In this document: piece after piece, positions 40,067 through 50,567 of the stretch
Position numbering within the stretch: the stretch's first letter is position 1
Layout: the number at the start of each line of letters is the position of its first letter
From: Alloprevotella sp.
Lineage (GTDB): Bacteria; Bacteroidota; Bacteroidia; Bacteroidales; Bacteroidaceae
Assembly: GCA_045612125.1 (NCBI GenBank)
Contig: JAZKYK010000001.1
Span: forward strand, 60,596-124,595
Direction of reading: 5' to 3'
Length of the DNA: 64,000 nt
Translations under genes and position numbers: made by a program
Notes under the pieces: model-generated
Databases searched by the model: none
What the model saw: the letters and a program-made list of their open reading frames with translations, nothing else
What the model was told of the DNA's origin: nothing

Positions 40067-40954
40067 ATGAAAACAAATTCATTAAAAGCTTGTTTGCTTG
40101 CAGCGCGTCCTAAGACGCTTACTGCGGCATTAATACCGGTTGCTACAGCAACGGCAATGGCTTATGCCGATGATGTGATGCGTTGGCAACCTGCAGTGCT
40201 TTGCGCGCTGTTTGCGATTTGGATGCAGATCGCTGCAAATTTCATTAATGATCTGTATGACTTTAAACGTGGCACGGATACCGCTGAGCGTTTGGGGCCA
40301 AAGCGTGCTTGTGCACAAGGGTGGATTACCCCCAAAGCTATGGGGTGGGGGATTGCAGTGATGCTCGTTCTTGCTGGTATCTGCGGCTGTGCTTTGTTGA
40401 TGTATGGCGGTTTGTGGCTGATAGGTTTAGGTCTTTCCTGCGTTCTTTTTGCCTTTCTTTACACCACGCTCATGAGTTATCATGGTTTGGGTGATTTGCT
40501 GGTGTGGGTGTTCTTTGGTTTTGTGCCCGTGATTGGTACCTATTATGTTCAAGCCGGCACTTTGACACAGAATGTATGGTTGCTCTCAGCCGCTTGTGGT
40601 TTGTGTGTTGATACTCTGCTCGTGCTCAATAACTATCGCGACCGCGACACGGACCGCGTTGCGGGCAAGCGCACCATTGTTGTGCTTTTTGGCGAACGCT
40701 TCGGTAGTTTGGCTTACTTATTGCAAGGCATCGCGGCTTATATTTGCGTGGCATTCCTGGCATTGGACGGAAATTTATGGTTGGCTATTCTCCCTTCTTT
40801 TTATCTGCTACCCCATTATCTGACGTGGCGAAAGATGGTCCAAATCAACCACGGACCAGCGTTGAATCGCATCTTAGGTTTTACTTCGCGCAACATGTTG
40901 ACTTTCGCTCTTTTGGTGGTTTTGGCCTATGTGTCGGATAAGATTTTAGTGTAG
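40067..40954 (+). CDS. menA: 1,4-dihydroxy-2-naphthoate polyprenyltransferase
   Basis: ARPKTL, NFINDLYDFKRGTD, NNYRD..TD...GKRT; the upstream ORF extension is repeat-derived. Confidence 0.92.
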   Translation: MKTNSLKACLLAARPKTLTAALIPVATATAMAYADDVMRWQPAVLCALFAIWMQIAANFINDLYDFKRGTDTAERLGPKRACAQGWITPKAMGWGIAVMLVLAGICGCALLMYGGLWLIGLGLSCVLFAFLYTTLMSYHGLGDLLVWVFFGFVPVIGTYYVQAGTLTQNVWLLSAACGLCVDTLLVLNNYRDRDTDRVAGKRTIVVLFGERFGSLAYLLQGIAAYICVAFLALDGNLWLAILPSFYLLPHYLTWRKMVQINHGPALNRILGFTSRNMLTFALLVVLAYVSDKILV

Positions 40955-41185
40955 CCTTTCTTTCGGAATGGCGACCTGAAACAGAGAACTGAATTTATGG
41001 TTTCGTCATCTCTGCATTTCTTTTTTTCTTAAAAAAATGATGTTTTATTACGTCTAATCGTGAAAAAATAAGTAATTTTGCCCTCGGACAGTCTGTGAAA
41101 TCTTTGTTTTTGCAGCCGCTCCGCGTGCAATGTTTTGATTATCAACAATTTTTTTTATAAACACTTAATTTAATAATTTTATCAA

Positions 41186-42049
41186 ATGGCAACAACAAAT
41201 GCTACTGCACCCAAGGGTGCTGCAAAGAAGTCTCAAGGCTTCAAGGGCGTAAAGGCAGGTTGGATCGTTATCCTTATTTGCTTTATCATCGCTGAATGTC
41301 TCTATGTGTTCGGAGCTGGTTACAAGACAAACTTCCTTGGTAACGAAGCTTTCACTGGTCTTCCTTTCCACTTCTTCCAGGATGCTGACTATGAACCAGA
41401 TGGTATCGTAGGTACAGTTTACAAGGGTGGTTTCATCGTGCCTCTTATCTGGGGTCAGTTCATCACTGTTATTGCTCTCGCTATCGAACGTTTCCTCGCT
41501 ATCCGTACTGCTAACGGTAAGGGTTCTGTAGGTCGTTTCGTAGGTAACATCAAGAAGGCCCTCATGGCTGGTGATATCGATGCTGCTGAAGCGCTTTGCG
41601 ACAAGCAACAAGGTTCTGTAGCAAACGTAGTACGTTCTACACTCGCTACTTACCGCCAAGTAGAAAAGGATACTACTCTTTCTAAGGAACAAAAGGTTCT
41701 CGCTATCCAAAAGGAACTTGAAGAAGCTACTGCTCTCGAAATGCCTATGATGCAAGAAAACCTTCCTATCATCGGTACTATCGTAACTCTCGGTACTCTT
41801 ACCGGTCTTCTCGGTACCGTAATGGGTATGATCAAGTCATTCTCGGCTATGGCTGGTGAAGGTGGTGCTGACTCTTCTGCACTTTCTGTAGGTATCTCTG
41901 AAGCGCTTGTAAATACTGCATCAGGTATCGCAACAGGTGCTGCTGCCGTTATCGCTTACAACTTCTACACAAACAAGATCGACCGCCTTACTTTCTGCAT
42001 CGACGAAGTAGGTTTCTCAATCGTTCAAACATTTAACGCAACTCACTAA
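41186..42049 (+). CDS. exbB: MotA/TolQ/ExbB proton channel
   Basis: IERF, GLLGTV.GMI.SF, GISEALVNTA.G; TAATTTTG promoter box at 41073-41080. Confidence 0.92.
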   Translation: MATTNATAPKGAAKKSQGFKGVKAGWIVILICFIIAECLYVFGAGYKTNFLGNEAFTGLPFHFFQDADYEPDGIVGTVYKGGFIVPLIWGQFITVIALAIERFLAIRTANGKGSVGRFVGNIKKALMAGDIDAAEALCDKQQGSVANVVRSTLATYRQVEKDTTLSKEQKVLAIQKELEEATALEMPMMQENLPIIGTIVTLGTLTGLLGTVMGMIKSFSAMAGEGGADSSALSVGISEALVNTASGIATGAAAVIAYNFYTNKIDRLTFCIDEVGFSIVQTFNATH

Positions 42050-42075
42050 TCCATAATTAAGGTAACATTTTAACA

Positions 42076-42720
42076 ATGGGACGTTTTAAAGTAAAAAAAC
42101 AAGACACGTTCATCGACATGACGCCGATGAGTGACGTCATGGTCCTGCTGCTTACCTTCTTTATGCTTACTGCGACGTTCGTTAAGGACGAACCTGTAAA
42201 AGTAAATACTCCTGGTTCAGTTTCTGAAATCAAGATTCCCGAATACAATCTTCTCACTATTTTCGTTGAAAAGAGCGGTAAGGTGTTCCTTTGTATGGAT
42301 AACCCCAACACACAACGTGCAATGGCTGAACAGATGATTTCGGACGAACACCTCAAGCTCACTTCAGAGCAACTTGAAGCATTCTCTACGCTCTCAACAT
42401 TCGGTACTCCCTGTAATGTTTTGGCAAGCTGGATGAATCTCGATAGTCATGCTCGCAATGAGTACTTGTTGAAGAATCCTGACGCAGGTATTCCTGTGCC
42501 CGATGTAATGCCTGATGGTACCATCATCGGTGATCAAAGAAACGAACTTAAGTGGTGGGTTAAAGCAGCTCGCACAGCAAACGGGAAAGACATGGGTATC
42601 GCTATCAAGGCGGACAAGACTACTCCCTATTCAGCAATTAAAAAAGTTATGGACTCCTTACGCGAAGTCGATGAGAACCGTTACAACTTGATTACGGCAC
42701 TCAAAGGCGTTGAGGAATAA
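42076..42720 (+). CDS. exbD: ExbD/TolR biopolymer transport protein
   Basis: IDMTPMSDV..LLLTFFML; IKADK.TPY. Confidence 0.9.
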   Translation: MGRFKVKKQDTFIDMTPMSDVMVLLLTFFMLTATFVKDEPVKVNTPGSVSEIKIPEYNLLTIFVEKSGKVFLCMDNPNTQRAMAEQMISDEHLKLTSEQLEAFSTLSTFGTPCNVLASWMNLDSHARNEYLLKNPDAGIPVPDVMPDGTIIGDQRNELKWWVKAARTANGKDMGIAIKADKTTPYSAIKKVMDSLREVDENRYNLITALKGVEE

Positions 42721-42733
42721 TCAATAGAATGTT

Positions 42734-43372
42734 ATGGCAAGTTTAGATATGGGCGGCGGTGGCGGCAACAGCAAGCAGAAGAAAATGAATGCTCGCGTCG
42801 ACTTTACGCCGATGGTTGACATGATCATGTTGCTCGTGACGTTCTTCATGCTCTGTACAACACTTATTAAGCCTCAAACGATGCAAATCTCTATGCCTTC
42901 GGACAAAGATGACATCAAGCAGGAAAATAAGAGTCAAGTTGCGTCAGACAAAGCTATCACGATTATCCTTGATAAGGACGACAAGATCTACTACTTTGAA
43001 GGTAAGCCTGCAGAAGCTACTACTTACGAAACAGCTTATGGCAAGGATGGTATTCGCGCCGTATTGATGGCAAAGAATGCGCAAGCTCAAGCTCAAGTAA
43101 AGGCTCTTGATAAGGAATTCGCAGGCCGTTGGACCGCTAACGTTCAACAAGACCAAAAGAACCGTGAGGAATATAAGAAGCGTTTGTCAGAAATCAAGAA
43201 TTCTGATATTACACCATCTGCCATCATCAAGGCAACAGATGAAGCAACTTATTTGAACCTCATTAACGCACTCGACGAAATGCAGATTTGCTGCATTGGT
43301 AAATATGTGATTGACAAAATTAATGAACAGGACTTGGAAATGATCCAAAACGCTGTTCCTTATGAAAAGTAA
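42734..43372 (+). CDS. exbD: ExbD/TolR biopolymer transport protein (second copy)
   Basis: VDFTPMVDM.MLL.TFFML; Y.NLI.ALDEM. Confidence 0.9.
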   Translation: MASLDMGGGGGNSKQKKMNARVDFTPMVDMIMLLVTFFMLCTTLIKPQTMQISMPSDKDDIKQENKSQVASDKAITIILDKDDKIYYFEGKPAEATTYETAYGKDGIRAVLMAKNAQAQAQVKALDKEFAGRWTANVQQDQKNREEYKKRLSEIKNSDITPSAIIKATDEATYLNLINALDEMQICCIGKYVIDKINEQDLEMIQNAVPYEK

Positions 43373-43396
43373 TAACATAAGCAAAGTTTTAAAAGC

Positions 43397-44245
43397 ATGT
43401 CTAATATTGATTTAGCTTCCAAAGAATGGTGTGACCTCGTCTTTGAAGGTCGTAACCAAGGATACGGCGCTTATGCTATGCGTTCTAAGGCTCCTAAGCG
43501 TCGCCTCGTTTCAGTAATTTATGTGCTTCTCGGTATCGTTGCCTTGGCTGTTATCATTGGTGTTAAGACTGCAGTGTCTGCTGCAATTGAAGCCAATCGC
43601 GATATGACAGCTGAAATGGAAACTTCTTTCGCGGAATTGAAGAAGGAAGAACCTAAGAAGGAAGAGCCGAAGCAAGAAATCAAGCAAGAATACGAAAAAC
43701 CTGTTGTTCAAAAGGTTGCGGTAAAGGCTTCTATCGCATTTACTGTACCTGATATCGTGGATGAAGTTGACGAAACTAAAGCACTCAAGAGCCAGGAAGA
43801 AGTAACACGTAAGAACATTGCGATCGCTTCTCAGGACTACGTGGGTGATACAGAAGACGGTATCAATATCGACGACTTGAAGGATAACCAAATCGCTGGT
43901 GGTGATGAAGTGCCACCCGCTGAAGACGAAATCCTTGAAAACGTGGTAGAACAGAAGGCTCAGTACCCTGGTGGTGAAAATGCGCTCTTGAAGTTTATCG
44001 CCGATAACCTCAAGTACCCCAGCATCGCCCTCGAACAAGAACTTCAAGGTGTGGTAATCGTACGTTTCGTGGTTGAAAAGGATGGTTCAGTAGGTGATGT
44101 TACCGTTCGTAAGAGCCTCTCTGACGAATGTGACGAAGCTGCTATTAAGGTGGTTAAGAAATTGCCTAAGTTCATCCCCGCGAAGTCACAGGGTAACCCC
44201 GTGCGTGTATGGTACACACTCCCTATCCGTTTCCGTATTCAATAA
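43397..44245 (+). CDS. tonB: Energy transducer TonB
   Basis: DLVFEGRN..YGAY, TM anchor, E/K-rich linker, TonB C-domain YP..A...QG.V.V.FVV.KDG. Confidence 0.9.
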   Translation: MSNIDLASKEWCDLVFEGRNQGYGAYAMRSKAPKRRLVSVIYVLLGIVALAVIIGVKTAVSAAIEANRDMTAEMETSFAELKKEEPKKEEPKQEIKQEYEKPVVQKVAVKASIAFTVPDIVDEVDETKALKSQEEVTRKNIAIASQDYVGDTEDGINIDDLKDNQIAGGDEVPPAEDEILENVVEQKAQYPGGENALLKFIADNLKYPSIALEQELQGVVIVRFVVEKDGSVGDVTVRKSLSDECDEAAIKVVKKLPKFIPAKSQGNPVRVWYTLPIRFRIQ

Positions 44246-44295
44246 TTTAGCTTAAATACGATCGATTTATATTCGGTTTAAGTTGAAACATATTA

Positions 44296-44336
44296 AGTTG
44301 GCAGACCTAAATGATTATGGTCTGCCAACTTTTTTG
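44296..44336 (+). terminator. Terminator after tonB
   Basis: AAGTTGGCAGACC...GGTCTGCCAACTT followed by a T-run. Confidence 0.8.
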
Positions 44337-44385
44337 TATTTTTGCGTCAGTATAAATACACGTTTAAACTAAAACCTACAAACTT

Positions 44386-45318
44386 ATGAATAAGCTGATT
44401 TTATCAATCATTTCTTTCTCAGTATTGTTGTTCACAGCCTGCGAACAAAAGAAACCTGGGGCTTGGATGACCGAAAATGTCGTTAAGGTGGCGATCGACG
44501 AAACATTCTCAACAATCATGGATGAAGAAGTTGAGCAGTTTGGAAAACTCCATCCTGAAGCCAATATGCAACCTTACTACGTGACAGAAGATTCTGCCAT
44601 TCACATGCTGATCGATGATAGTGTGCGCTGTTGTATTGCGACAAGAAAACTCACAGACCTCGAACGCAAAATTATCAAGCGTAAAACAGGGAATGCCCTT
44701 CATAGTGTGATTGCCTATGATGCCATTGCCCTCGTAACCAGTCGTCAAAACCCCGACTCATTGATTACTTTGGATGAACTTCGTGATGTGATTGACGGCA
44801 AAATCACCTATTGGGATCAGCTTAAGCATGGCACGCGCCATGAAGAAATCAACGTGGTGTTCGACAATTCACGTTCAAGTACTGTGCGTTACATGACCGA
44901 CTCGCTGTGTCGCAGCAAACAGCTCGGTGGTAATCTCTTCTCACAGGGCAGTAACCTTAAGGCAATCGATGCAGCCCGCAATAATCCCAATGTAATCGCT
45001 GTAGTGGGTGTGGATTGGTTGCGCTCCGACAGTGTGATCAATAGTTTCCATGATCTTGATGTGCAGGTGATGATGGTGAGTCGTCAGTCTGATGAAAAGG
45101 CTGATTTCTTCCGCCCTTACCAATATTATATCGCCACGGGTGATTATCCCCTCGTTCGCTCGGTATATGCCATAACCACCGATCCCCGTCGTCGCTCAGA
45201 AGTAAAGAGTTTCTATTTCTTCCTTAAGGACTCTAAAGGGCAGAAAATCATTTGCAATGGTTCTCAATTGCTCCCCTCTGCGCAAGTTCAGGTCAGAGAT
45301 GTTAATATCGTGGATTAA
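44386..45318 (+). CDS. PstS-like substrate-binding lipoprotein
   Basis: Lipobox FTAC; DETF, AYDAIAL, FDN..SSTVRY, YPL.R; usual partner of the exbBD-tonB cluster in Bacteroidales. Confidence 0.8.
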   Translation: MNKLILSIISFSVLLFTACEQKKPGAWMTENVVKVAIDETFSTIMDEEVEQFGKLHPEANMQPYYVTEDSAIHMLIDDSVRCCIATRKLTDLERKIIKRKTGNALHSVIAYDAIALVTSRQNPDSLITLDELRDVIDGKITYWDQLKHGTRHEEINVVFDNSRSSTVRYMTDSLCRSKQLGGNLFSQGSNLKAIDAARNNPNVIAVVGVDWLRSDSVINSFHDLDVQVMMVSRQSDEKADFFRPYQYYIATGDYPLVRSVYAITTDPRRRSEVKSFYFFLKDSKGQKIICNGSQLLPSAQVQVRDVNIVD

Positions 45319-45467
45319 ATTGATGACCATCTTGAACGGCAATACAGAGAATAAAGTAAAAGTGCCATGCGATTGGTGGACGGCGGAAGTGGTAGTACAC
45401 TGTTGAGGAGACGCCCCAGTGGGACGTCTCACGAATAATGCTGCGGTTGTGCTTTCGTTTTTTTCTT

Positions 45468-45788
45468 TCAACTCTCGTCTCTCAACTTTCATCTCTCAAC
45501 TTTCATCTCTCAACTTTCATCTCTCAACTTTCATCTCTCAACTTTCAACTCTAAGCCCTCGTTAGTACGTTGATTGAGACGGGCCGACACAAATTTGCGC
45601 GATTCATGAGTGAATTGACGACGGGCCGACACGGCTTGGCAAGATTCGTGAGTTGATTGACGACGGGCCGACACGGGGATCGGCCCCTACATCTCTCTTA
45701 ACCTCTTAACGGACCTTTAGGTCCCTCTTAACGAGGCGAAGCCTCTTCTCTCATCTCTAAACCCTAAACTCTAAACTCTCATCTCTAA
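45468..45788 (-). repeat. Mosaic GTAG-REP/heptamer repeat element, copy 6
   Basis: Reverse complement of the full element; 14-bp (TCTCAACTTTCATC)n tail; overlaps the MFS stop codon. Confidence 0.88.
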
Positions 45789-46987
45789 ACCCTCAATTTA
45801 TTTTGTTCAAAGAATTGTCGCACATATAAATAATACACAGCAACGCCTAAAGCATTGACGATCCAAGCCATCCAGAAAGCAGCTGTAAAATCAAATAGCT
45901 CAGCCACAACACCGCCAAGGAACACACCTAAACCCATCCCCACGTCCCACGACACCAGGAGCGTTGAATTGGCCGTGCCACGCTGATCATTGCGAGCGAT
46001 ATTGATAAACATCGTCTGAAAGGCCGGGAACATGTGTCCATTACCCAGACCAATAATCAAAGCCGATAAATACACGCCCCAAGGCTCGTGAACAGCAGCA
46101 AAAATAAAGTAGCCCACTAAAGACACCGCCACGCCCAACGAAGCATTTTGAAGCACACGCCCTTTACGTAAAGAACGTCCTCCATATAATCTCGAAACAA
46201 TCAAGCCTAAAGCAATCAGCAGGAAGAACACCCCCGATCCACTCAGCAAATTCAGTTCCTCCTTGGCATAAAGGGCGATGTAAGTGGAAATCACGCCATA
46301 CGAGAATGAAAGACACGCAAAGCAAGCGCCCATTCCCCAGGCATGGATGAGGATAAAACGGTCTAGCGATATTTTACGCACCTGCGCACATGAAGGGCGA
46401 GGCGATAATTGTAATGTGCCCAGGAAATATAAGCCCACGAAAGCCACCACGATTGAGAGGACAAAGAGAAGATTAAAACTACCCGTACACTCATACAGCC
46501 ATAACGCAATCATCGGACTCAGTGCCGTAGCGACATTATTACTTAAACCATAATAACCGATACCTTCTGCACGCCTTGATGAAGGCAGAACATCTATTGC
46601 CACCGTACTGTTGGACACTGTGGTCATACCAAATGGTAAACCGTGCAAGGTCCTAAACACTGCAAAAGCTATCAAGGAACCTGCTAAAGGATAAGCCACG
46701 AAGCATAGGGCAAAGAAGAAATAGCTCCAAAACAACACCTTAGCACGTGAAAAAGCATCCACAACATAGCCACTGAAGGGACGGATCAGCATCACCGTGA
46801 TGGTGTAACCTGAAAGCGCAATCCCGATCGTGTGTTTGTCGGCATGAAACGTTTCGCTCAGATAAAGCGGTAAAAGCGGGGTAAGCAACATGAACGAGAA
46901 GAAAATCAAGAAGTTTGTTGTCCACACCCTTAAATAATTTCTGTTCCACAACGATTCAGTGTGGTTGACAGAAGCCTTGCGTTGCAT
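45785..46987 (-). CDS. MFS transporter
   Basis: About 12 hydrophobic segments; RPFSGYVVD.F.R motif A variant; RRAEGIGYY. Confidence 0.9.
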   Translation of the reverse strand: MQRKASVNHTESLWNRNYLRVWTTNFLIFFSFMLLTPLLPLYLSETFHADKHTIGIALSGYTITVMLIRPFSGYVVDAFSRAKVLFWSYFFFALCFVAYPLAGSLIAFAVFRTLHGLPFGMTTVSNSTVAIDVLPSSRRAEGIGYYGLSNNVATALSPMIALWLYECTGSFNLLFVLSIVVAFVGLYFLGTLQLSPRPSCAQVRKISLDRFILIHAWGMGACFACLSFSYGVISTYIALYAKEELNLLSGSGVFFLLIALGLIVSRLYGGRSLRKGRVLQNASLGVAVSLVGYFIFAAVHEPWGVYLSALIIGLGNGHMFPAFQTMFINIARNDQRGTANSTLLVSWDVGMGLGVFLGGVVAELFDFTAAFWMAWIVNALGVAVYYLYVRQFFEQNKLRV

Positions 46988-47002
46988 ATAGAAAAGAGCA
47001 GA

Positions 47003-47040
47003 AAGGGCGCGTCAAAATTTAAATATCTTGACACGCCCTT
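47003..47040. terminator. GGGCGYGTCAA/TTGACACGCCC hairpin between efp and MFS
   Basis: 13-bp inverted repeat with one mismatch; same family at 48112-48148 and 54725-54767. Confidence 0.65.
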
Positions 47041-47116
47041 CTTATTTTTTTGTAAGATGAAGAACTCTGAAAACCAGTTATTTCAGAATCCGCCATGAAG
47101 TCAAACAAACCAATTG

Positions 47117-47683
47117 TTATGCCTTTACACGGTTTTGGTAAGAACCATCGCGTGTGTCGATTTCAATGATTTCGCCTTCTTCAATAAAGAGAGGAACGCG
47201 CACCTTTGCACCAGTTTCGAGGGTTGCATCCTTAAGTGTGTTGGTTGCTGTATCACCACGAAGACCTGGTTCTGTGTATGTGATTTGAAGACGTGTCTTA
47301 ACAGGCATTTCTGCATAAAGAACAGTTTCTGTTGAAGCATCGCTAACAACTTCCACAACGTCGCCTTCCTTCATATAATCAACACCTGTGATAAGGTCCT
47401 TTGCAATGGGAATTTGTTCGAAAGTTTCGTTGTTCATGAAGATATAGTCAGCACCTTCCATATAAAGGAATTGGTAAGGACGACGTTCTACACGAACATC
47501 TTCGAGAGCTTCACCAATATTGAAACGCTTTTCAAGAACACGACCTGAAACAACGTCCTTCAATGTTGTACGCATGATTGTATTGCCCTTACCTGGCTTT
47601 ACGTGGAGGAAGTCAATACAGAAATAAAGCTTGCCATCCAAACGGATGCAAGTACCTTTCTTGATTTCTTGTGATTTAATCAT
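47117..47683 (-). CDS. efp: Translation elongation factor P
   Basis: HVKPGKG loop, TEPGLRGDTA, VPLFIEEGE.I.IDTR.G.Y; TAACTTTG promoter box at 47737-47730. Confidence 0.97.
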   Translation of the reverse strand: MIKSQEIKKGTCIRLDGKLYFCIDFLHVKPGKGNTIMRTTLKDVVSGRVLEKRFNIGEALEDVRVERRPYQFLYMEGADYIFMNNETFEQIPIAKDLITGVDYMKEGDVVEVVSDASTETVLYAEMPVKTRLQITYTEPGLRGDTATNTLKDATLETGAKVRVPLFIEEGEIIEIDTRDGSYQNRVKA

Positions 47684-48468
47684 AAAAGAGTTTATTATAG
47701 ATATTTATTGCTTCGTTTAATTTCGGTCGCAAAGTTACAACTTTTCTTGATAATACAACGCACGTAAACGCATTTTTCAAAGCTTTTTAAAGCGTTTAGC
47801 GACTTGAAAAGAATAAGATGTTTCACTTTTCTATTGTTTTTAGATGGTTTTCCTTTTATAATTCGGGAATAGAGTGGGTCTTGTGACGAATAAGTATAGC
47901 GAAACCATGTTGTATTTTTGTCTCTGGTTCGGAGGATTCTATATTTGCGCCTTTGCGTAAAAAAAGCTTCACCCTGAACAGCTTTGAAGCTGGCAAACCA
48001 TTCCATATTGAATTGGAAGGATATATTACCCAAGACAACAACACCTCGGGCATGATGTTCTTGCGCCGCATTGAAAACCAATAAGGCAACGATCGACCTT
48101 AAAACAGAAACAGCGGGCGTGTCAAGTGTGCATTTTGACACGCTCGTTGTATATATGGATATCGCTTCCTGATTTTATAGAGACTATAGACAATCGGAGC
48201 TATAGAGACTATAGATATTTTAGAATCAATGCAAGTTTGAAGACTCTAAAGACCTTATTGCGAAGATACCAATTACAAACGAGATAGGAATATCGAAGCT
48301 AACGAGCCGACACAGGGATTGGAGCCTACAACTCTCAATACAATTCCACACCTTATTTTCTTTTCACGTCACTAAATACTCATTTTTATCATGTCCTTTC
48401 CCAAAAATATATTAACTTTGCTCCTTGAACGTGCGTACGCATTGATAATCGTCCGCAAGTGACACTCA

Positions 48469-48588
48469 AAGTAGGTTCTATAAATCAGCTTGAATCGATT
48501 CACGTAAGATTTTTGACAAAAAGATAAGTAAAGTGATCAAGCTCAGAATCAACAAAAAATAAAAAAAACTAAATTATAGAACCCGCCT
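48469..48588. repeat. MITE-like element (same family as 7991-8106) in the lptF/G 5' UTR
   Basis: GTAGGTTCTATAA...TTATAGAACCCGC ends and shared core; lies between the TAACTTTG box (48413-48420) and the start codon. Confidence 0.6.
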
Positions 48589-48605
48589 AAAGCTTTTTGC
48601 TAACG

Positions 48606-50549
48606 ATGCTTATAAAAAAACTTGACTTATTCATCCTTAAGAAGTTTTTCCTTGTCTTTTTAGCAGCTTTCTTCATCACCCTCTTCGTGTTCATGATGCA
48701 ATTCACATGGCGCTACGTGGATGAACTGATTGGTAAGGGGCTCACATTAGACATCTTAGGACAATTCTTTTGGTACATGGGCATAACGATGGTGCCCACT
48801 TCCCTCCCCCTCGCTGTGCTGCTTGCCTCATTGATTACATTTGGTAATATGGCAGAGCAGTTGGAACTATTGGCCATGAAAGCCGCGGGGGTTCCACTCT
48901 TGCGCATTATGCGTCCCATATTGCTGGTGGTCATTGTACTTACAGGCGTTTCGTTCATCTTTCAAAACAGCATTGCTCCCGCTGCCCAAATCAGCATGCG
49001 CCAATTGCTGTTTAGCATGAAGCAATCATCGCCGGCACTGGAAATTCCTGAAGGGCAGTTCTACAATGGTGTGCCCAACGTCAACCTCTACGTGCAAAAG
49101 AAAGATGCAGCCAGTGGCATGCTCTACGATGTGATTATCTACAAAACCGACCGCGGCTTTGACCGGGCACAAATTGTTTTGGCAGATTCGGGTCGCATGG
49201 AAATGTCGGCAGATAAGATGCACCTTTTGCTGGAATTGTGGCAAGGCGAACAATTTGAAAATCTACAGGGACAAAGCGCCTTGGGATTACAAAAATCAGC
49301 CAGTGTGCCCTACGACCGCGAAACCTTTGCATACAAGAAATTCATCATCGACTTTGATGCCAACTTCAGTTTGACGGATGCCGAGGCACTACGAAATATG
49401 CCCTCAACTAAGGACATGACGCAGATTGAGCAAGACGTTGATTCACTGCAGCACATGATGGACAGTTTGGGCAACCAATACTACACCACCCTGCGCAGGA
49501 ATTATTTGCGTCAGCCTGAAATCCGACAGCGCGACTCCGTGCGCTACCTCCAAGCGGTGGCACAGGTGGAGAACATTGACTCTATATTGGCACGCGAGAA
49601 CAAGCGCAAGTTGAGCAATGCCCTACAAAGTGCACGCGACCAAGTACAGTCGTACATGTTCGACCTGGATTGGAAAGCCGAAAAAATTGAGTATGAAGAG
49701 CGCAACGTACGCCGACATTGGATTGAATGGCATCAAAAAATGGCCATGTCGTTGGCTTGCTTATGCTTCTTATTCATTGGTGCACCATTAGGCGCCATCA
49801 TTGGCAAGGGCGGTTTAGGTATGCCTGCTGTCGTTAGTGTCTTAATCTTTATCCTCTACTACATCATTAACACAGCAGGAATGAAAATGGCCCGCGAAGG
49901 GGCGATTGCCATCGTTGTGGGTATGTGGATCAGCACCGTCATTCTGGTGCCATGTGGTTTCTATTTAACATTCATGGCCAACCGCGACTCCGTGGTGTTC
50001 AACAAAGACGCCTACATTCAATTCTTCAAAAAAATCTTTGGTCTGCGCACCAAGCGCACCATCCACAAGAAGGAGGTTATTTTGTATGAACCCAACTACG
50101 AACAACTGATCACCGAAGTGGCAGCACTGAGTCAGGCATTCCAGTACTACCGCGAACGTAAGAAGCTGTATCGCGCACCAAACTATATCCATCTATTCTT
50201 CCGACGCCGCATCGACCACACCGTTGAAGAATTGAGCAATCGTTTGGAGAATGTGGTTGAGGAATTGTCAAACACACGCAACATCCGCATCTTGCGTGAA
50301 ATAAATAAATTACCGATCATTTACGTCACTGCCCACACCCACCCCTTTGCCCGCAAACGTTACAACATCTTGGTTGGTGTATGCTTGCCCCTGGGATTGC
50401 TCATGTGGATACGTATATGGAGGTTCCGCTTACGCTTAATGAGCGACATCAAGCAAATCGTCAAAAGAATGGACCGCTTGCATGGTTTAATTGAAGAGGA
50501 ACTTCAGAAAACCAAACCAAGCACAACGTCCAATACCACTAATAACTAA
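48606..50549 (+). CDS. LptF/LptG-family permease
   Basis: KKLD.FILK.F, LPLAVLLASLITFGN..E..EL.AMKAAG, FIGAPLGAII.KGG.G. Confidence 0.9.
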   Translation: MLIKKLDLFILKKFFLVFLAAFFITLFVFMMQFTWRYVDELIGKGLTLDILGQFFWYMGITMVPTSLPLAVLLASLITFGNMAEQLELLAMKAAGVPLLRIMRPILLVVIVLTGVSFIFQNSIAPAAQISMRQLLFSMKQSSPALEIPEGQFYNGVPNVNLYVQKKDAASGMLYDVIIYKTDRGFDRAQIVLADSGRMEMSADKMHLLLELWQGEQFENLQGQSALGLQKSASVPYDRETFAYKKFIIDFDANFSLTDAEALRNMPSTKDMTQIEQDVDSLQHMMDSLGNQYYTTLRRNYLRQPEIRQRDSVRYLQAVAQVENIDSILARENKRKLSNALQSARDQVQSYMFDLDWKAEKIEYEERNVRRHWIEWHQKMAMSLACLCFLFIGAPLGAIIGKGGLGMPAVVSVLIFILYYIINTAGMKMAREGAIAIVVGMWISTVILVPCGFYLTFMANRDSVVFNKDAYIQFFKKIFGLRTKRTIHKKEVILYEPNYEQLITEVAALSQAFQYYRERKKLYRAPNYIHLFFRRRIDHTVEELSNRLENVVEELSNTRNIRILREINKLPIIYVTAHTHPFARKRYNILVGVCLPLGLLMWIRIWRFRLRLMSDIKQIVKRMDRLHGLIEEELQKTKPSTTSNTTNN

Positions 50550-50567
50550 CATTTTCATTTAATTCAT

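Noticed and set aside
45370..45432. GACGGCGGAAGTGG..CAC resembling a ZTP riboswitch, plus a GAGACGCCCC/GGGACGTCTC hairpin
   Set aside because: 3' half of the motif is absent and the site is between convergent genes; more likely a decayed REP or terminator
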